Positions 43,001 through 57,300 of a DNA stretch of 64,000 nt are shown piece after piece (position 1 is the first letter of the stretch; each line of letters starts with the position of its first letter). A program made the position numbers and the translations under genes. The DNA comes from Eledone cirrhosa (taxonomy: Eukaryota). The notes below the pieces were generated by a model. The model did not search any database. It was not told where the DNA came from and saw only the letters and a program-made list of their open reading frames with translations. The stretch is taken from assembly GCA_964016885.1 (NCBI GenBank), contig OZ024741.1, positions 210,986,001 to 211,050,000 of the forward strand, in the 5' to 3' direction.

Positions 43001-46000
43001 AGCCTCAGTCCACCTATCTCAGCCACAGTCCACTGTCTCAGCCTCAGTCCACTGTCTCAGCCACAGTCCACCTATCTCAGTCTCAGTCCACCTATCTCAG
43101 TCTCAGTCCACCTATCTCAGCTTCAGTCCACCTATCTCAGCCACAGTCCACCTATCTCAGCCTCAGTCCACTGTCTCAGTCTCAGTCCACTGTCTCAGCC
43201 ACAGTCCACTGTCTCAGCCACAGTCCACCTATCTCAGCCACAGTCCACCTATCTCAGCCACAGACCACTTATCTCAGTCTCAGTCCACCTATCTCAGTCT
43301 CAGTCCACTGTCTCAGCCTCAGTCCACCTATCTCAGTCACAGTCCACCTATCTCAGTCTCAGTCCACTGTCTCAGCCACAGACCACTTATCTCAGTCTCA
43401 GTCCACCTATCTCAGTCTCAGTCCACCTATCTCAGCCTCAGTCCACCTATCTCAGCCACACCACAGTCCACCTATCTCAGCCACAGTCCACTGTCTCATC
43501 CTCAGTCAACCTATCTCAGCCACAGTCCACAGTCTCAGCCTTAGTCCACCTATCTCAGCCACAGTCTCACTGTCTCAGCCTCAGTCCACTCTCTCAGCCA
43601 CAGTCCACTTATCTCAGTCTCAGTCCACTGTCTCAGCCACAGTCCACTGTCTCAGCCTCAGTCCACTGTCTCAGCCACGGTCCACAGTCTCAGCCTCAGT
43701 CCACCTATCTCAGTCTCAGTCCACCTATCTCAGTCTCAGTCCACCTATCTCAGCTTCAGTCCACTGTCTCAGCCACAGTCCACTGTCTCAGCCACAGACC
43801 ACTTATCTCAGTCTCAGTCCACCTATCTCAGCCACAGTCCACTTATCTCAGTCTCAGTCCACTGTCTCAGCCACAGTCCACTGTCTCATCCTCAGTCCAC
43901 CTATCTCAGCCACAGTCCACAGTCTCAGCCTCAGTCCACCTACCTCAGCCTCAGTCCAACTATCTCAGCCACAGTCCACGTATCTCAGCCACAGTCCACT
44001 GTCTCAGCCACAGTCCACTGTCTCAGCCTCAATACACCTATCTCAGCCACAGTCCACTGTCTCAGCCACAGTCCACTGTCTCAGCCTCAGTCCACTGTCT
44101 CAGCCACAGTCCACCTATCTCAGCCACAGTCCACTGTCTCAGCCACAGTCCACCTATCTCAGCCTCAGTCCACTGTCTCAGTCTCAGTCCACTGTCTCAG
44201 CCACAGTCCACTGTCTCAGCCTCAGTCCACCTATCTCAGCCACAGTCCACTTATCTCAGTCTCAGTCCACTGTCTCATCCTCAGTCAACCTATCTCAGCC
44301 ACAGTCCACTGTCTCAGCCTCAGTCCACTGTCTCAGCCACAGTCCACAGTCTCAGCCTCAGTCCACCTATCTCAGTCTCAGTCCACCTATCTCAGTCTCA
44401 GTCCACCTATCTCAGCTTCAGTCCACCTATCTCAGCCACAGTCCACCTATCTCAGCCTCAGTCCACTGTCTCAGTCTCAGTCCACTGTCTCAGCCACAGT
44501 CCACTGACTCAGCCACAGTCCACCTATCTCAGCCCCAGTCCACTGTCTCAGTCTCAGTCCACTGTCTCAGCCACAGTCCACCTATCTCAGCCACAGTCCA
44601 CTTATCTCAGCCACAGACCACTTATCTCAGTCTCAGTCCACCTATCTCAGTCTCAGTCCACTGTCTCAGCCTCAGTCCACCTATCTCAGTCACAGTCCAC
44701 CTATCTCAGTCTCAGTCCACTGTCTCAGCCACAGACCACTTATCTCAGTCTCAGTCCACCTATCTCAGTCTCAGTCCACCTATCTCAGCCTCAGTCCACC
44801 TATCTCAGCCACAGTCCACCTATCTCAGCCACAGTCCACTGTCTCATCCTCAGTCAACCTATCTCAGCCACAGTCCACAGTCTCAGCCTCAGTCCACCTA
44901 TCTCAGCCACAGTCTCACTGTCTCAGCCTCAGTCCACTCTCTCAGCCACAGTCCACTTATGTCAGTCTCAGTCCACTGTCTCAGCCACAGTCCACTGTCT
45001 CAGCCTCAGTCTACTGTCTCAGCCACAGTCCACAGTCTCAGCCTCAGTCCACCTATCTCAGTCTCAGTCCACCTATCTCAGTCTCAGTCCACCTATCTCA
45101 GCTTCAGTCCACCTATCTCAGCCACAGTCCACCTATCTCAGCCTCAGTCCACTGTCTCAGTCTCAGTCTACTCTCTCAGCCACAGTCCACTGTCTCAGCC
45201 ACAGTCCACCTATCTCAGCCTCAGTCCACTGTCTCAGTCTCAGTCCACTGTCTCAGCCACAGTCCACCTATCTCAGCCACAGTCCACCTATCTCAGCCAC
45301 AGTCCACCTATCTCAGCCACAGACCACTTATCTCAGTCTCAGTCCACCTATCTCAGTCTCAGTCCACTGTCTCAGCCTCAGTCCACCTATCTCAGTCACA
45401 GTCCACCTATCTCAGTCTCAGTCCACTGTCTCAGCCACAGACCACTTATCTCAGTCTCAGTCCACCTATCTCAGTCTCAGTCCACCTATCTCAGCCTCAG
45501 TCCACCTATCTCAGCCACACCACAGTCCACCTATCTCAGCCACAGTCCACTGTCTCATCCTCAGTCAACCTATCTCAGCCACAGTCCACAGTCTCAGCCT
45601 TAGTCCACCTATCTCAGCCACAGTCTCACTGTCTCAGCCTCAGTCCACTCTCTCAGCCACAGTCCACTTATCTCAGTCTCAGTCCACTGTCTCAGCCACA
45701 GTCCACTGTCTCAGCCTCAGTCCACTGTCTCAGCCACGGTCCACAGTCTCAGCCTCAGTCCACCTATCTCAGTCTCAGTCCACCTATCTCAGTCTCAGTC
45801 CACCTATCTCAGCTTCAGTCCACTGTCTCAGCCACAGTCCACTGTCTCAGCCACAGACCACTTATCTCAGTCTCAGTCCACCTATCTCAGCCACAGTCCA
45901 CTTATCTCAGTCTCAGTCCACTGTCTCAGCCACAGTCCACTGTCTCATCCTCAGTCCACCTATCTCAGCCACAGTCCACAGTCTCAGCCTCAGTCCACCT

Positions 46001-49000
46001 ACCTCAGCCTCAGTCCAACTATCTCAGCCACAGTCCACGTATCTCAGCCACAGTCCACTGTCTCAGCCACAGTCCACTGTCTCAGCCTCAATACACCTAT
46101 CTCAGCCACAGTCCACTGTCTCAGCCACAGTCCACTGTCTCAGCCTCAGTCCACTGTCTCAGCCACAGTCCACCTATCTCAGCCACAGTCCACTGTCTCA
46201 GCCACAGTCCACCTATCTCAGCCTCAGTCCACTGTCTCAGTCTCAGTCCACTGTCTCAGCCACAGTCCACTGTCTCAGCCTCAGTCCACCTATCTCAGCC
46301 ACAGTCCACTTATCTCAGTCTCAGTCCACTGTCTCATCCTCAGTCAACCTATCTCAGCCACAGTCCACTGTCTCAGCCTCAGTCCACTGTCTCAGCCACA
46401 GTCCACAGTCTCAGCCTCAGTCCACCTATCTCAGTCTCAGTCCACCTATCTCAGTCTCAGTCCACCTATCTCAGCTTCAGTCCACCTATCTCAGCCACAG
46501 TCCACCTATCTCAGCCTCAGTCCACTGTCTCAGTCTCAGTCCACTGTCTCAGCCACAGTCCACTGACTCAGCCACAGTCCACCTATCTCAGCCCCAGTCC
46601 ACTGTCTCAGTCTCAGTCCACTGTCTCAGCCACAGTCCACCTATCTCAGCCACAGTCCACTTATCTCAGCCACAGACCACTTATCTCAGTCTCAGTCCAC
46701 CTATCTCAGTCTCAGTCCACTGTCTCAGCCTCAGTCCACCTATCTCAGTCACAGTCCACCTATCTCAGTCTCAGTCCACTGTCTCAGCCACAGACCACTT
46801 ATCTCAGTCTCAGTCCACCTATCTCAGTCTCAGTCCACCTATCTCAGCCTCAGTCCACCTATCTCAGCCACAGTCCACCTATCTCAGCCACAGTCCACTG
46901 TCTCATCCTCAGTCAACCTATCTCAGCCACAGTCCACAGTCTCAGCCTCAGTCCACCTATCTCAGCCACAGTCTCACTGTCTCAGCCTCAGTCCACTCTC
47001 TCAGCCACAGTCCACTTATGTCAGTCTCAGTCCACTGTCTCAGCCACAGTCCACTGTCTCAGCCTCAGTCTACTGTCTCAGCCACAGTCCACAGTCTCAG
47101 CCTCAGTCCACCTATCTCAGTCTCAGTCCACCTATCTCAGTCTCAGTCCACCTATCTCAGCTTCAGTCCACCTATCTCAGCCACAGTCCACCTATCTCAG
47201 CCTCAGTCCACTGTCTCAGTCTCAGTCTACTCTCTCAGCCACAGTCCACTGTCTCAGCCACAGTCCACCTATCTCAGCCTCAGTCCACTGTCTCAGTCTC
47301 AGTCCACTGTCTCAGCCACAGTCCACCTATCTCAGCCACAGTCCACCTATCTCAGCCACAGACCACTTATCTCAGTCTCAGTCCACCTATCTCAGTCTCA
47401 GTCCACTGTCTCAGCCTCAGTCCACCTATCTCAGTCACAGTCCACCTATCTCAGTCTCAGTCCACTGTCTCAGCCACAGACCACTTATCTCAGTCTCAGT
47501 CCACCTATCTCAGCCTCAGTCCACCTATCTCAGCCACAGTCCACCTATCTCAGCCACAGTCCACTGTCTCATCCTCAGTCAACCTATCTCAGCCACAGTC
47601 CACAGTCTCAGCCTCAGTCCACTGTCTCAGTCTCAGTCCACTGTCTCAGCCACAGTCCACTGTCTCAGCCTCAGTACACCTATCTCAGCCACAGTCCACT
47701 GTCTCAGCCTCAGTACACCTATCTCAGTCTCAGTCCACTGTCTCAGCCTCAGTCCACTGTCTCAGCCACAATCCACCTAACTCAGCCAGAGTCCACTGTC
47801 TCAGCCACAGTCCACCTATCTCAGCCTCAGTCCACTGTCTCAGCCTCAGTCCACCTATCTCAGCCACAGTCCACATATCTCAGTCTCAGTCCACCTACCT
47901 CAGCCTCAGTCCACCTATCTCAGCCACAGTCCACGTATCTCAGCCACAGTCCACTGTCTCAGCCTCAGTCCACTGTCTCAGCCTCAGTCCACCTATCTCA
48001 GCCACAGTCCACCTATCTCAGCCACAGTCCACTGTCTCAGCCTCAGTCCACCTATCTCAGCCACAGTCCACATATCTCAGTCTCAGTCCACCTACCTCAG
48101 CCTCAGTCCACCTATCTCAGCCACAGTCCACGTATCTCAGCCACAGTCCACTATCTCAGCCTCAGTCCACTGTCTCAGTCTCAGTCCACAGTCTCAGCCA
48201 CAGTCCACTGTCTCAGCCACGGTCCACCTATCTCAGCCACAGTCCACTGTCTCAGCCTCAGTCCACCTATCTCAGCAACAGTCCACCTATCTCAGCCACA
48301 GTCCACTGTCTCAGCCTCAGTCCACCTATCTCAGCCACAGTCCACCTATCTCAGCCACAGTCCACTGTCTCAGCCACAGTCCATTGTCTCAGCCTCAGTC
48401 CACTGTCTCAGCCTCAGTACACCTATCTCAGCCACAGTCCACCTATCTCAGCCACAGTCCACTGTCTCAGCCACAGTCCACTGTCTCAGCCTCAGTCCAC
48501 TGTCTCAGCCTCAGTCCACCTATCTCAGCAACAGTCCACTGTCTCAGCCACAGTCCACTGTCTCAGCCTCAGTTCACTGTCTCAGCGACAGTCCACTGTC
48601 TCAGCTACAGTCCACTGTCTGAGCCACAGTCCATTGTCTCAGCCTCAGTCCACTGTCTCAGCCTCAGTACACCTATCTCAGCCACAGTCCACTGTCTCAG
48701 CCTCAGTCCACCTATCTCAGCCACAGTCCACCTATCTCAGCCACAGTCCACTGTCTCAGCCACAGTCCATTGTCTCAGCCTCAGTCCACTGTCTCATCCT
48801 CACTACACCTATCTCAGCCACAGTCCACTGTCTCAGCCTCAGTCCACCTATCTCAGCCACAGTCCACCTATCTCAGCCACAGTCCACTGTCTCAGCCACA
48901 GTCCATTGTCTCAGCCTCAGTCCACCGTCTCAGCCTCAGTCCACCTATCTCAGCCACAGTCCACTGTCTCAGCCACAATCCACCTATCTCAGCCAGAGTC

Positions 49001-51300
49001 CACCGTCTCAGCCACAGTCCACTGTCTCAGCCACAGTCCACTGTCTCAGTCTCAGTCCACTGTCTCAGCCTCAGTCCACCTATCTCAGTCTCAGTCCACT
49101 GTCTCTGCCTCAGTCCACCTATCTCAGTCACAGTCCACTGTCTCAGCCACAGTCCACTGTCTCAGCCACAGTCCACCTATCTCAGCCACAGTCCACCTAT
49201 CTCAGCCACAGTCCACTTATCTCAGTCTCAGTCCACTGTCTCAGCCACAGTCCACTGTCTCAGTCTCAGTCCACTGTCTCAGCCTCAGTCCACTGTCTCA
49301 GCCTCAGTCCACTGTCTTAGCCTCAGTCCACCTATCTCAGTCTCAGTCCACTGTCTCAGCCACAGTCCACTGTCTCTATCTCGGTCCACCTATCTCAGCC
49401 ACAGTCCACTGTCTCAGCCACAGTCCACTGTCTCAGCCACAGTCCACTGTCTCAGCTACAGTCCACTGTCTCAGCCACAGTCCACTGTCTCAGCCTCAGT
49501 CCACTGTCTCAGCCACAGTCCACTTATCTCAGCCTCAGTCCACTGTCTCAGTCTCAGTCCACCTATCTCAGCCACAGTCCACTTATCTCAGCCACAGTCC
49601 ACTGTCTCAGCCTCAGTCCACTGTCTCAGCCTCAGTCCACCTATCTCAGCCACAGTCCACTGTCTCAGCCACAGACCACTTATCTCAGTCTCAGTCCACC
49701 TATCTCAGCCACAGTCCACTTATCTCAGTCTCAGTCCACTGTCTCAGCCACAGTCCACTGTCTCATCCTCAGTCCACCTATCTCAGCCACAGTCCACAGT
49801 CTCAGCCTCAGTCCACCTACCTCAGCCTCAGTCCACCTATCTCAGCCACAGTCCACGTATCTCAGCCACAGTCCACTGTCTCAGCCTCAGTCCACTGTCT
49901 CAGCCACAGTCCACTGTCTCAGCCTCAATACACCTATCTCAGCCACAGTCCACTGTCTCAGCCACAGTCCACTGTCTCAGCCTCAGTCCACTGTCTCAGC
50001 CACAGTCCACCTATCTCAGCCACAGTCCACTGTCTCAGCCACAGTCCACCTATCTCAGCCTCAGTCCACTGTCTCAGGCTCAGTCCACTGTCTCAGCCAC
50101 AGTCCACCTATCTCAGCCACAGTCCACCTATCTCAGCCACAGACCACTTATCTCAGTCTCAGTCCACCTATCTCAGTCTCAGTCCACTGTCTCAGCCTCA
50201 GTCCACCTATCTCAGTCACAGTCCACCTATCTCAGTCTCAGTCCACTGTCTCAGCCACAGACCACTTATCTCAGTCTCAGTCCACCTATCTCAGTCTCAG
50301 TCCACCTATCTCAGCCTCAGTCCACCTATCTCAGCCACAGTCCACCTATCTCAGCCACAGTCCACTGTCTCATCCTCAGTCAACCTATCTCAGCCACAGT
50401 CCACAGTCTCAGCCTCAGTCCACCTATCTCAGCCACAGTCTCACTGTCTCAGCCTCAGTCCACTCTCTCAGCCACAGTCCACTTATCTCAGTCTCAGTCC
50501 ACTGTCTCAGCCACAGTCCACTGTCTCAGCCTCAGTCCACCTATCTCAGCCACAGTCCACTGTCTCAGCCTCAGTCCACTGTCTCAGCCACAGTCCACCT
50601 ATCTCAGTCTCAGTCCACCTATCTCAGTCTCAGTCCACCTATCTCAGCTTCAGTCCACCTATCTCAGCCACAGTCCACCTATCTCAGCCTCAGTCCACTG
50701 TCTCAGTCTCAGTCCACTGTCTCAGCCACAGTCCACTGTCTCAGCCACAGTCCACCTATCTCAGCCACAGTCCACCTATCTCAGCCACAGACCACTTATC
50801 TCAGTCTCAGTCCACCTATCTCAGTCTCAGTCCACTGTCTCAGCCTCAGTCCACCTATCTCAGTCACAGTCCACCTATCTCAGTCTCAGTCCACTGTCTC
50901 AGCCACAGACCACTTATCTCAGTCTCAGTCCACCTATCTCAGTCTCAGTCCACCTATCTCAGCCTCAGTCCACCTATCTCAGCCACACCACAGTCCACCT
51001 ATCTCAGCCACAGTCCACTGTCTCATCCTCAGTCAACCTATCTCAGCCACAGTCCACAGTCTCAGCCTCAGTCCACCTATCTCAGCCACAGTCTCACTGT
51101 CTCAGCTTCAGTCCACTCTCTCAGCCACAGTCCACTTATCTCAGTCTCAGTCCACTGTCTCAGCCACAGTCCACTGTCTCAGCCTCAGTCCACTGTCTCA
51201 GCCACGGTCCACAGTCTCAGCCTCAGTCCACCTATCTCAGTCTCAGTCCACCTATCTCAGTCTCAGTCCACCTATCTCAGCTTCAGTCCACCTATCTCAG
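40100..51300 (+). repeat. Dispersed block duplication, about 40.1-43.75 kb repeated at about 47.6-51.3 kb (offset 7527)
   Basis: ORF starts 40857/48384, 41107/48634 and 41243/48770, tctatctcgg 41848/49375, the TAA of cctaac 40253/47780 and the insertion at 43456/50983 all differ by 7527. Confidence 0.9.
43222..47339 (+). repeat. 2,059-bp tandem duplication
   Basis: ccttag stop 43544->45603, ATG 44959->47018, TGACTCA 44505->46564 and the ccacaccacag insertion 43456->45515 all differ by 2059. Confidence 0.9.
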
Positions 51301-54300
51301 CCACAGTCCACCTATCTCAGCCTCAGTCCACTGTCTCAGTCTCAGTCCACTGTCTCAGCCACAGTCCACTGTCTCAGCCTCAGTCCACTGTCTTAGCCTC
51401 AGTCCACCTATCTCAGTCTCAGTTCACTGTCTCAGCCACAGTCCACTGTCTCTATCTCGGTCCACCTATCTCAGCCACAGTCCACTGTCTCAGCCACAGT
51501 CCACTGTCTCAGCCACAGTCCACTGTCTCAGCTACAGTCCACTGTCTCAGCCACAGTCCACTGTCTCAGCCTCAGTCCACTGTCTCAGCCACAGTCCACT
51601 TATCTCAGCCTCAGTCCACTGTCTCAGTCTCAGTCCACCTATCTCAGCCACAGTCCACTTATCTCAGCCACAGTCCACTGTCTCAGCCTCAGTCCACTGT
51701 CTCAGCCACAGTCCACTGTCTCAGCCACAGACCACTTATCTCAGTCTCAGTCCACCTATCTCAGCCACAGTCCACTTATCTCAGTCTCAGTCCACTGTCT
51801 CAGCCACAGTCCACTGTCTCATCCTCAGTCCACCTATCTCAGCCACAGTCCACAGTCTCAGCCTCAGTCCACCTACCTCAGCCTCAGTCCACCTATCTCA
51901 GCCACAGTCCACGTATCTCAGCCACAGTCCACTGTCTCAGCCACAGTCCACTGTCTCAGCCTCAATACACCTATCTCAGCCACAGTCCACTGTCTCAGCC
52001 ACAGTCCACTGTCTCAGCCTCAGTCCACTGTCTCAGCCACAGTCCACCTATCTCAGCCACAGTCCACTGTCTCAGCCACAGTCCACCTATCTCAGCCTCA
52101 GTCCACTGTCTCAGTCTCAGTCCACTGTCTCAGCCACAGTCCACTGTCTCAGCCTCAGTCCACCTATCTCAGCCTCAGTCCACTTATCTCAGTCTCAGTC
52201 CACTGTCTCATCCTCAGTCAACCTATCTCAGCCACAGTCCACTGTCTCAGCCTCAGTCCACTGTCTCAGCCACAGTCCACAGTCTCAGCCTCAGTCCACC
52301 TATCTCAGTCTCAGTCCACCTATCTCAGTCTCAGTCCACCTATCTCAGCTTCAGTCCACCTATCTCAGCCACAGTCCACCTATCTCAGCCTCAGTCCACT
52401 GTCTCAGTCTCAGTCCACTGTCTCAGCCACAGTCCACTGACTCAGCCACAGTCCACCTATCTCAGCCCCAGTCCACTGTCTCAGTCTCAGTCCACTGTCT
52501 CAGCCACAGTTCACCTATCTCAGCCACAGTCCACCTATCTCAGCCACAGACCACTTATCTCAGTCTCAGTCCACCTATCTCAGTCTCAGTCCACTGTCTC
52601 AGCCTCAGTCCACCTATCTCAGTCACAGTCCACCTATCTCAGTCTCAGTCCACTGTCTCAGCCACAGACCACTTATCTCAGTCTCAGTCCACCTATCTCA
52701 GTCTCAGTCCACCTATCTCAGCCTCAGTCCACCTATCTCAGCCACAGTCCACTGTCTCATCCTCAGTCAACCTATCTCAGCCACAGTCCACAGTCTCAGC
52801 CTCAGTCCACCTATCTTAGCCACAGTCTCACTGTCTCAGCCTCAGTCCACTCTCTCAGCCACAGTCCACTTATGTCAGTCTCAGTCCACTGTCTCAGCCA
52901 GAGTCCACTGTCTCAGCCTCAGTCCACTGTCTCAGCCACAGTCCACAGTCTCAGCCTCAGTCCACCTATCTCAGTCTCAGTCCACCTATCTCAGTCTCAG
53001 TCCACCTATCTCAGCTTCAGTCCACCTATCTCAGCCACAGTCCACCTATCTCAGCCTCAGTCCACTGTCTCAGTCTCAGTCCACTCTCTCAGCCACAGTC
53101 CACTGTCTCAGCCACAGTCCACCTATCTCAGCCTCAGTCCACTGTCTCAGTCTCAGTCCACTGTCTCAGCCACAGTCCACCTATCTCAGCCACAGTCCAC
53201 CTATCTCAGCCACAGACCACTTATCTCAGTCTCAGTCCACCTATCTCAGTCTCAGTCCACTGTCTCAGCCTCAGTCCACCTATCTCAGTCACAGTCCACC
53301 TATCTCAGCCACAGTCCACAGTCTCAGCCTCAGTCCACCTATCTCAGTCTCAGTCCACCTACCTCAGCCTCAGTTCACCTATCTCAGCCATAGTCCACCT
53401 ATCTCAGCCACAGTCCACTGTCTCATCCTCAGTCAACCTATCTCAGCCACAGTCCACAGTCTCAGCCTCAGTCCACTGTCTCAGTCTCAGTCCACTGTCT
53501 CAGCCACAGTCCACTGTCTCAGCCTCAGTACACCTATCTCAGCCACAGTCCACTGTCTCAGCCTCAGTACACCTATCTCAGTCTCAGTCCACTGTCTCAG
53601 CCTCAGTCCACTGTCTCAGCCACAATCCACCTAACTCAGCCAGAGTCCACTGTCTCAGCCACAGTCCACTGTCTCAGCCTCAGTCCACTGTCTCAGCCTC
53701 AGTCCACCTATCTCAGCCACAGTCCACCTATCTCAGCCACAGTCCACTGTCTCAGCCTCAGTACACCTATCTCAGCCACAGTCCACTGTCTCAGCCTCAG
53801 TACACCTATCTCAGTCTCAGTCCACCTACCTCAGCCTCAGTCCACCTATCTCAGCCACAGTCCACGTATCTCAGCCACAGTCCACTATCTCAGCCTCAGT
53901 CCACTGTCTCAGTCTCAGTCCACAGTCTCAGCCACAGTCCACTGTCTCAGCCACGGTCCACCTATCTCAGCCACAGTCCACTGTCTCAGCCTCAGTCCAC
54001 CTATCTCAGCCACAGTCCACCTATCTCAGCCACAGTCCACTGTCTCAGCCTCAGTCCACCTATCTCAGCCACAGTCCACCTATCTCAGCCACAGTCCACT
54101 GTCTCAGCCACAGTCCATTGTCTCAGCCTCAGTCCACTGTCTCAGCCTCAGTACACCTATCTCAGCCACAGTCCACTGTCTCAGCCTCAGTCCACCTATC
54201 TCAGCCACAGTCCACCTATCTCAGCCACAGTCCACTGTCTCAGCCACAGTCCACTGTCTCAGCCTCAGTCCACTGTCTCAGCCTCAGTCCACCTATCTCA

Positions 54301-57300
54301 GCAACAGTCCACTGTCTCAGCCACAGTCCACTGTCTCAGCATCAGTTCACTGTCTCAGCGACAGTCCACTGTCTCAGCTACAGTCCACTGTCTGAGCCAC
54401 AGTCCATTGTCTCAGCCTCAGTCCACTGTCTCAGCCTCAGTACACCTATCTCAGCCACAGTCCACTGTCTCAGCCTCAGTCCACCTATCTCAGCCACAGT
54501 CCACCTATCTCAGCCACAGTCCACTGTCTCAGCCACAGTCCATTGTCTCAGCCTCAGTCCACTGTCTCATCCTCACTACACCTATCTCAGCCACAGTCCA
54601 CTGTCTCAGCCTCAGTCCACCTATCTCAGCCACAGTCCACCTATCTCAGCCACAGTCCACTGTCTCAGCCACAGTCCATTGTCTCAGCCTCAGTCCACCG
54701 TCTCAGCCTCAGTACACCTATCTCAGCCACAGTCCACTGTCTCAGCCACAATCCACCTATCTCAGCCAGAGTCCACCGTCTCAGCCACAGTCCACTGTCT
54801 CAGCCACAGTCCACTGTCTCAGTCTCAGTCCACTGTCTCAGCCTCAGTCCACCTATCTCAGTCACAGTCCACTGTCTCAGCCACAGTCCACTGTCTCAGC
54901 CACAGTCCACCTATCTCAGCCACAGTCCACCTATCTCAGCCACAGTCCACTTATCTCAGTCTCAGTCCACTGTCTCAGCCACAGTCCACTGTCTCAGTCT
55001 CAGTCCACTGTCTCAGCCTCAGTCCACTGTCTCAGCCTCAGTCCACTGTCTTAGCCTCAGTCCACCTATCTCAGTCTCAGTCCACTGTCTCAGCCACAGT
55101 CCACTGTCTCTATCTCGGTCCACCTATCTCAGCCACAGTCCACTGTCTCAGCCACAGTCCACTGTCTCAGCCACAGTCCACTGTCTCAGCTACAGTCCAC
55201 TGTCTCAGCCACAGTCCACTGTCTCAGCCTCAGTCCACTGTCTCAGCCACAGTCCACTTATCTCAGCCTCAGTCCACTGTCTCAGTCTCAGTCCACCTAT
55301 CTCAGCCACAGTCCACTTATCTCAGCCACAGTCCACTGTCTCAGCCTCAGTCCACTGTCTCAGCCTCAGTCCACCTATCTCAGCCACAGTCCACTGTCTC
55401 AGCCACAGACCACTTATCTCAGTCTCAGTCCACCTATCTCAGCCACAGTCCACTTATCTCAGCCACAGTCCACTGTCTCATCCTCAGTCCACCTATCTCA
55501 GCCACAGTCCACAGTCTCAGCCTCAGTCCACCTACCTCAGCCTCAGTCCACCTATCTCAGCCACAGTCCACGTATCTCAGCCACAGTCCACTGTCTCAGC
55601 CTCAGTCCACTGTCTCAGCCACAGTCCACTGTCTCAGCCTCAATACACCTATCTCAGCCACAGTCCACTGTCTCAGCCACAGTCCACTGTCTCAGCCTCA
55701 GTCCACTGTCTCAGCCACAGTCCACCTATCTTAGCCACAGTCCACTGTCTCAGCCACAGTCCACCTATCTCAGCCTCAGTCCACTGTCTCAGTCTCAGTC
55801 CACTGTCTCAGCCACAGTCCACCTATCTCAGCCACAGTCCACCTATCTCAGCCACAGACCACTTATCTCAGTCTCAGTCCACCTATCTCAGTCTCAGTCC
55901 ACTGTCTCAGCCTCAGTCCACCTATCTCAGTCACAGTCCACCTATCTCAGTCTCAGTCCACTGTCTCAGCCACAGACCACTTATCTCAGTCTCAGTCCAC
56001 CTATCTCAGTCTCAGTCCACCTATCTCAGCCTCAGTCCACCTATCTCAGCCACAGTCCACCTATCTCAGCCACAGTCCACTGTCTCATCCTCAGTCAACC
56101 TATCTCAGCCACAGTCCACAGTCTCAGCCTCAGTCCACCTATCTCAGCCACAGTCTCACTGTCTCAGCCTCAGTCCACTCTCTCAGCCACAGTCCACTTA
56201 TCTCAGTCTCAGTCCACTGTCTCAGCCACAGTCCACTGTCCCAGCCTCAGTCCACCTATCTCAGCCACAGTCCACTGTCTCAGCCTCAGTCCACTGTCTC
56301 AGCCACAGTCCACCTATCTCAGTCTCAGTCCACCTATCTCAGTCTCAGTCCACCTATCTCAGCTTCAGTCCACCTATCTCAGCCACAGTCCACCTATCTC
56401 AGCCTCAGTCCACTGTCTCAGTCTCAGTCCACTGTCTCAGCCACAGTCCACTGTCTCAGCCACAGTCCACCTATCTCAGCCACAGTCCACCTATCTCAGC
56501 CACAGACCACTTATCTCAGTCTCAGTCCACCTATCTCAGTCTCAGTCCACTGTCTCAGCCTCAGTCCACCTATCTCAGTCACAGTCCACCTATCTCAGTC
56601 TCAGTCCACTGTCTCAGCCACAGACCACTTATCTCAGTCTCAGTCCACCTATCTCAGTCTCAGTCCACCTATCTCAGCCTCAGTCCACCTATCTCAGCCA
56701 CACCACAGTCCACCTATCTCAGCCACAGTCCACTGTCTCATCCTCAGTCAACCTATCTCAGCCACAGTCCACAGTCTCAGCCTCAGTCCACCTATCTCAG
56801 CCACAGTCTCACTGTCTCAGCCTCAGTCCACTCTCTCAGCCACAGTCCACATATCTCAGTCTCAGTCCACCTACCTCAGCCTCAGTCCACCTATCTCAGC
56901 CACAGTCCACGTATCTCAGCCACAGTCCACTGTCTCAGCCTCAGTCCACTGTCTCAGCCTCAGTCCACCTATCTCAGCCACAGTCCACCTATCTCAGCCA
57001 CAGTCCACTGTCTCAGCCTCAGTCCACCTATCTCAGCCACAGTCCACATATCTCAGTCTCAGTCCACCTACCTCAGCCTCAGTCCACCTATCTCAGCCAC
57101 AGTCCACGTATCTCAGCCACAGTCCACTATCTCAGCCTCAGTCCACTGTCTCAGTCTCAGTCCACAGTCTCAGCCACAGTCCACTGTCTCAGCCACGGTC
57201 CACCTATCTCAGCCACAGTCCACTGTCTCAGCCTCAGTCCACCTATCTCAGCAACAGTCCACCTATCTCAGCCACAGTCCACTGTCTCAGCCTCAGTCCA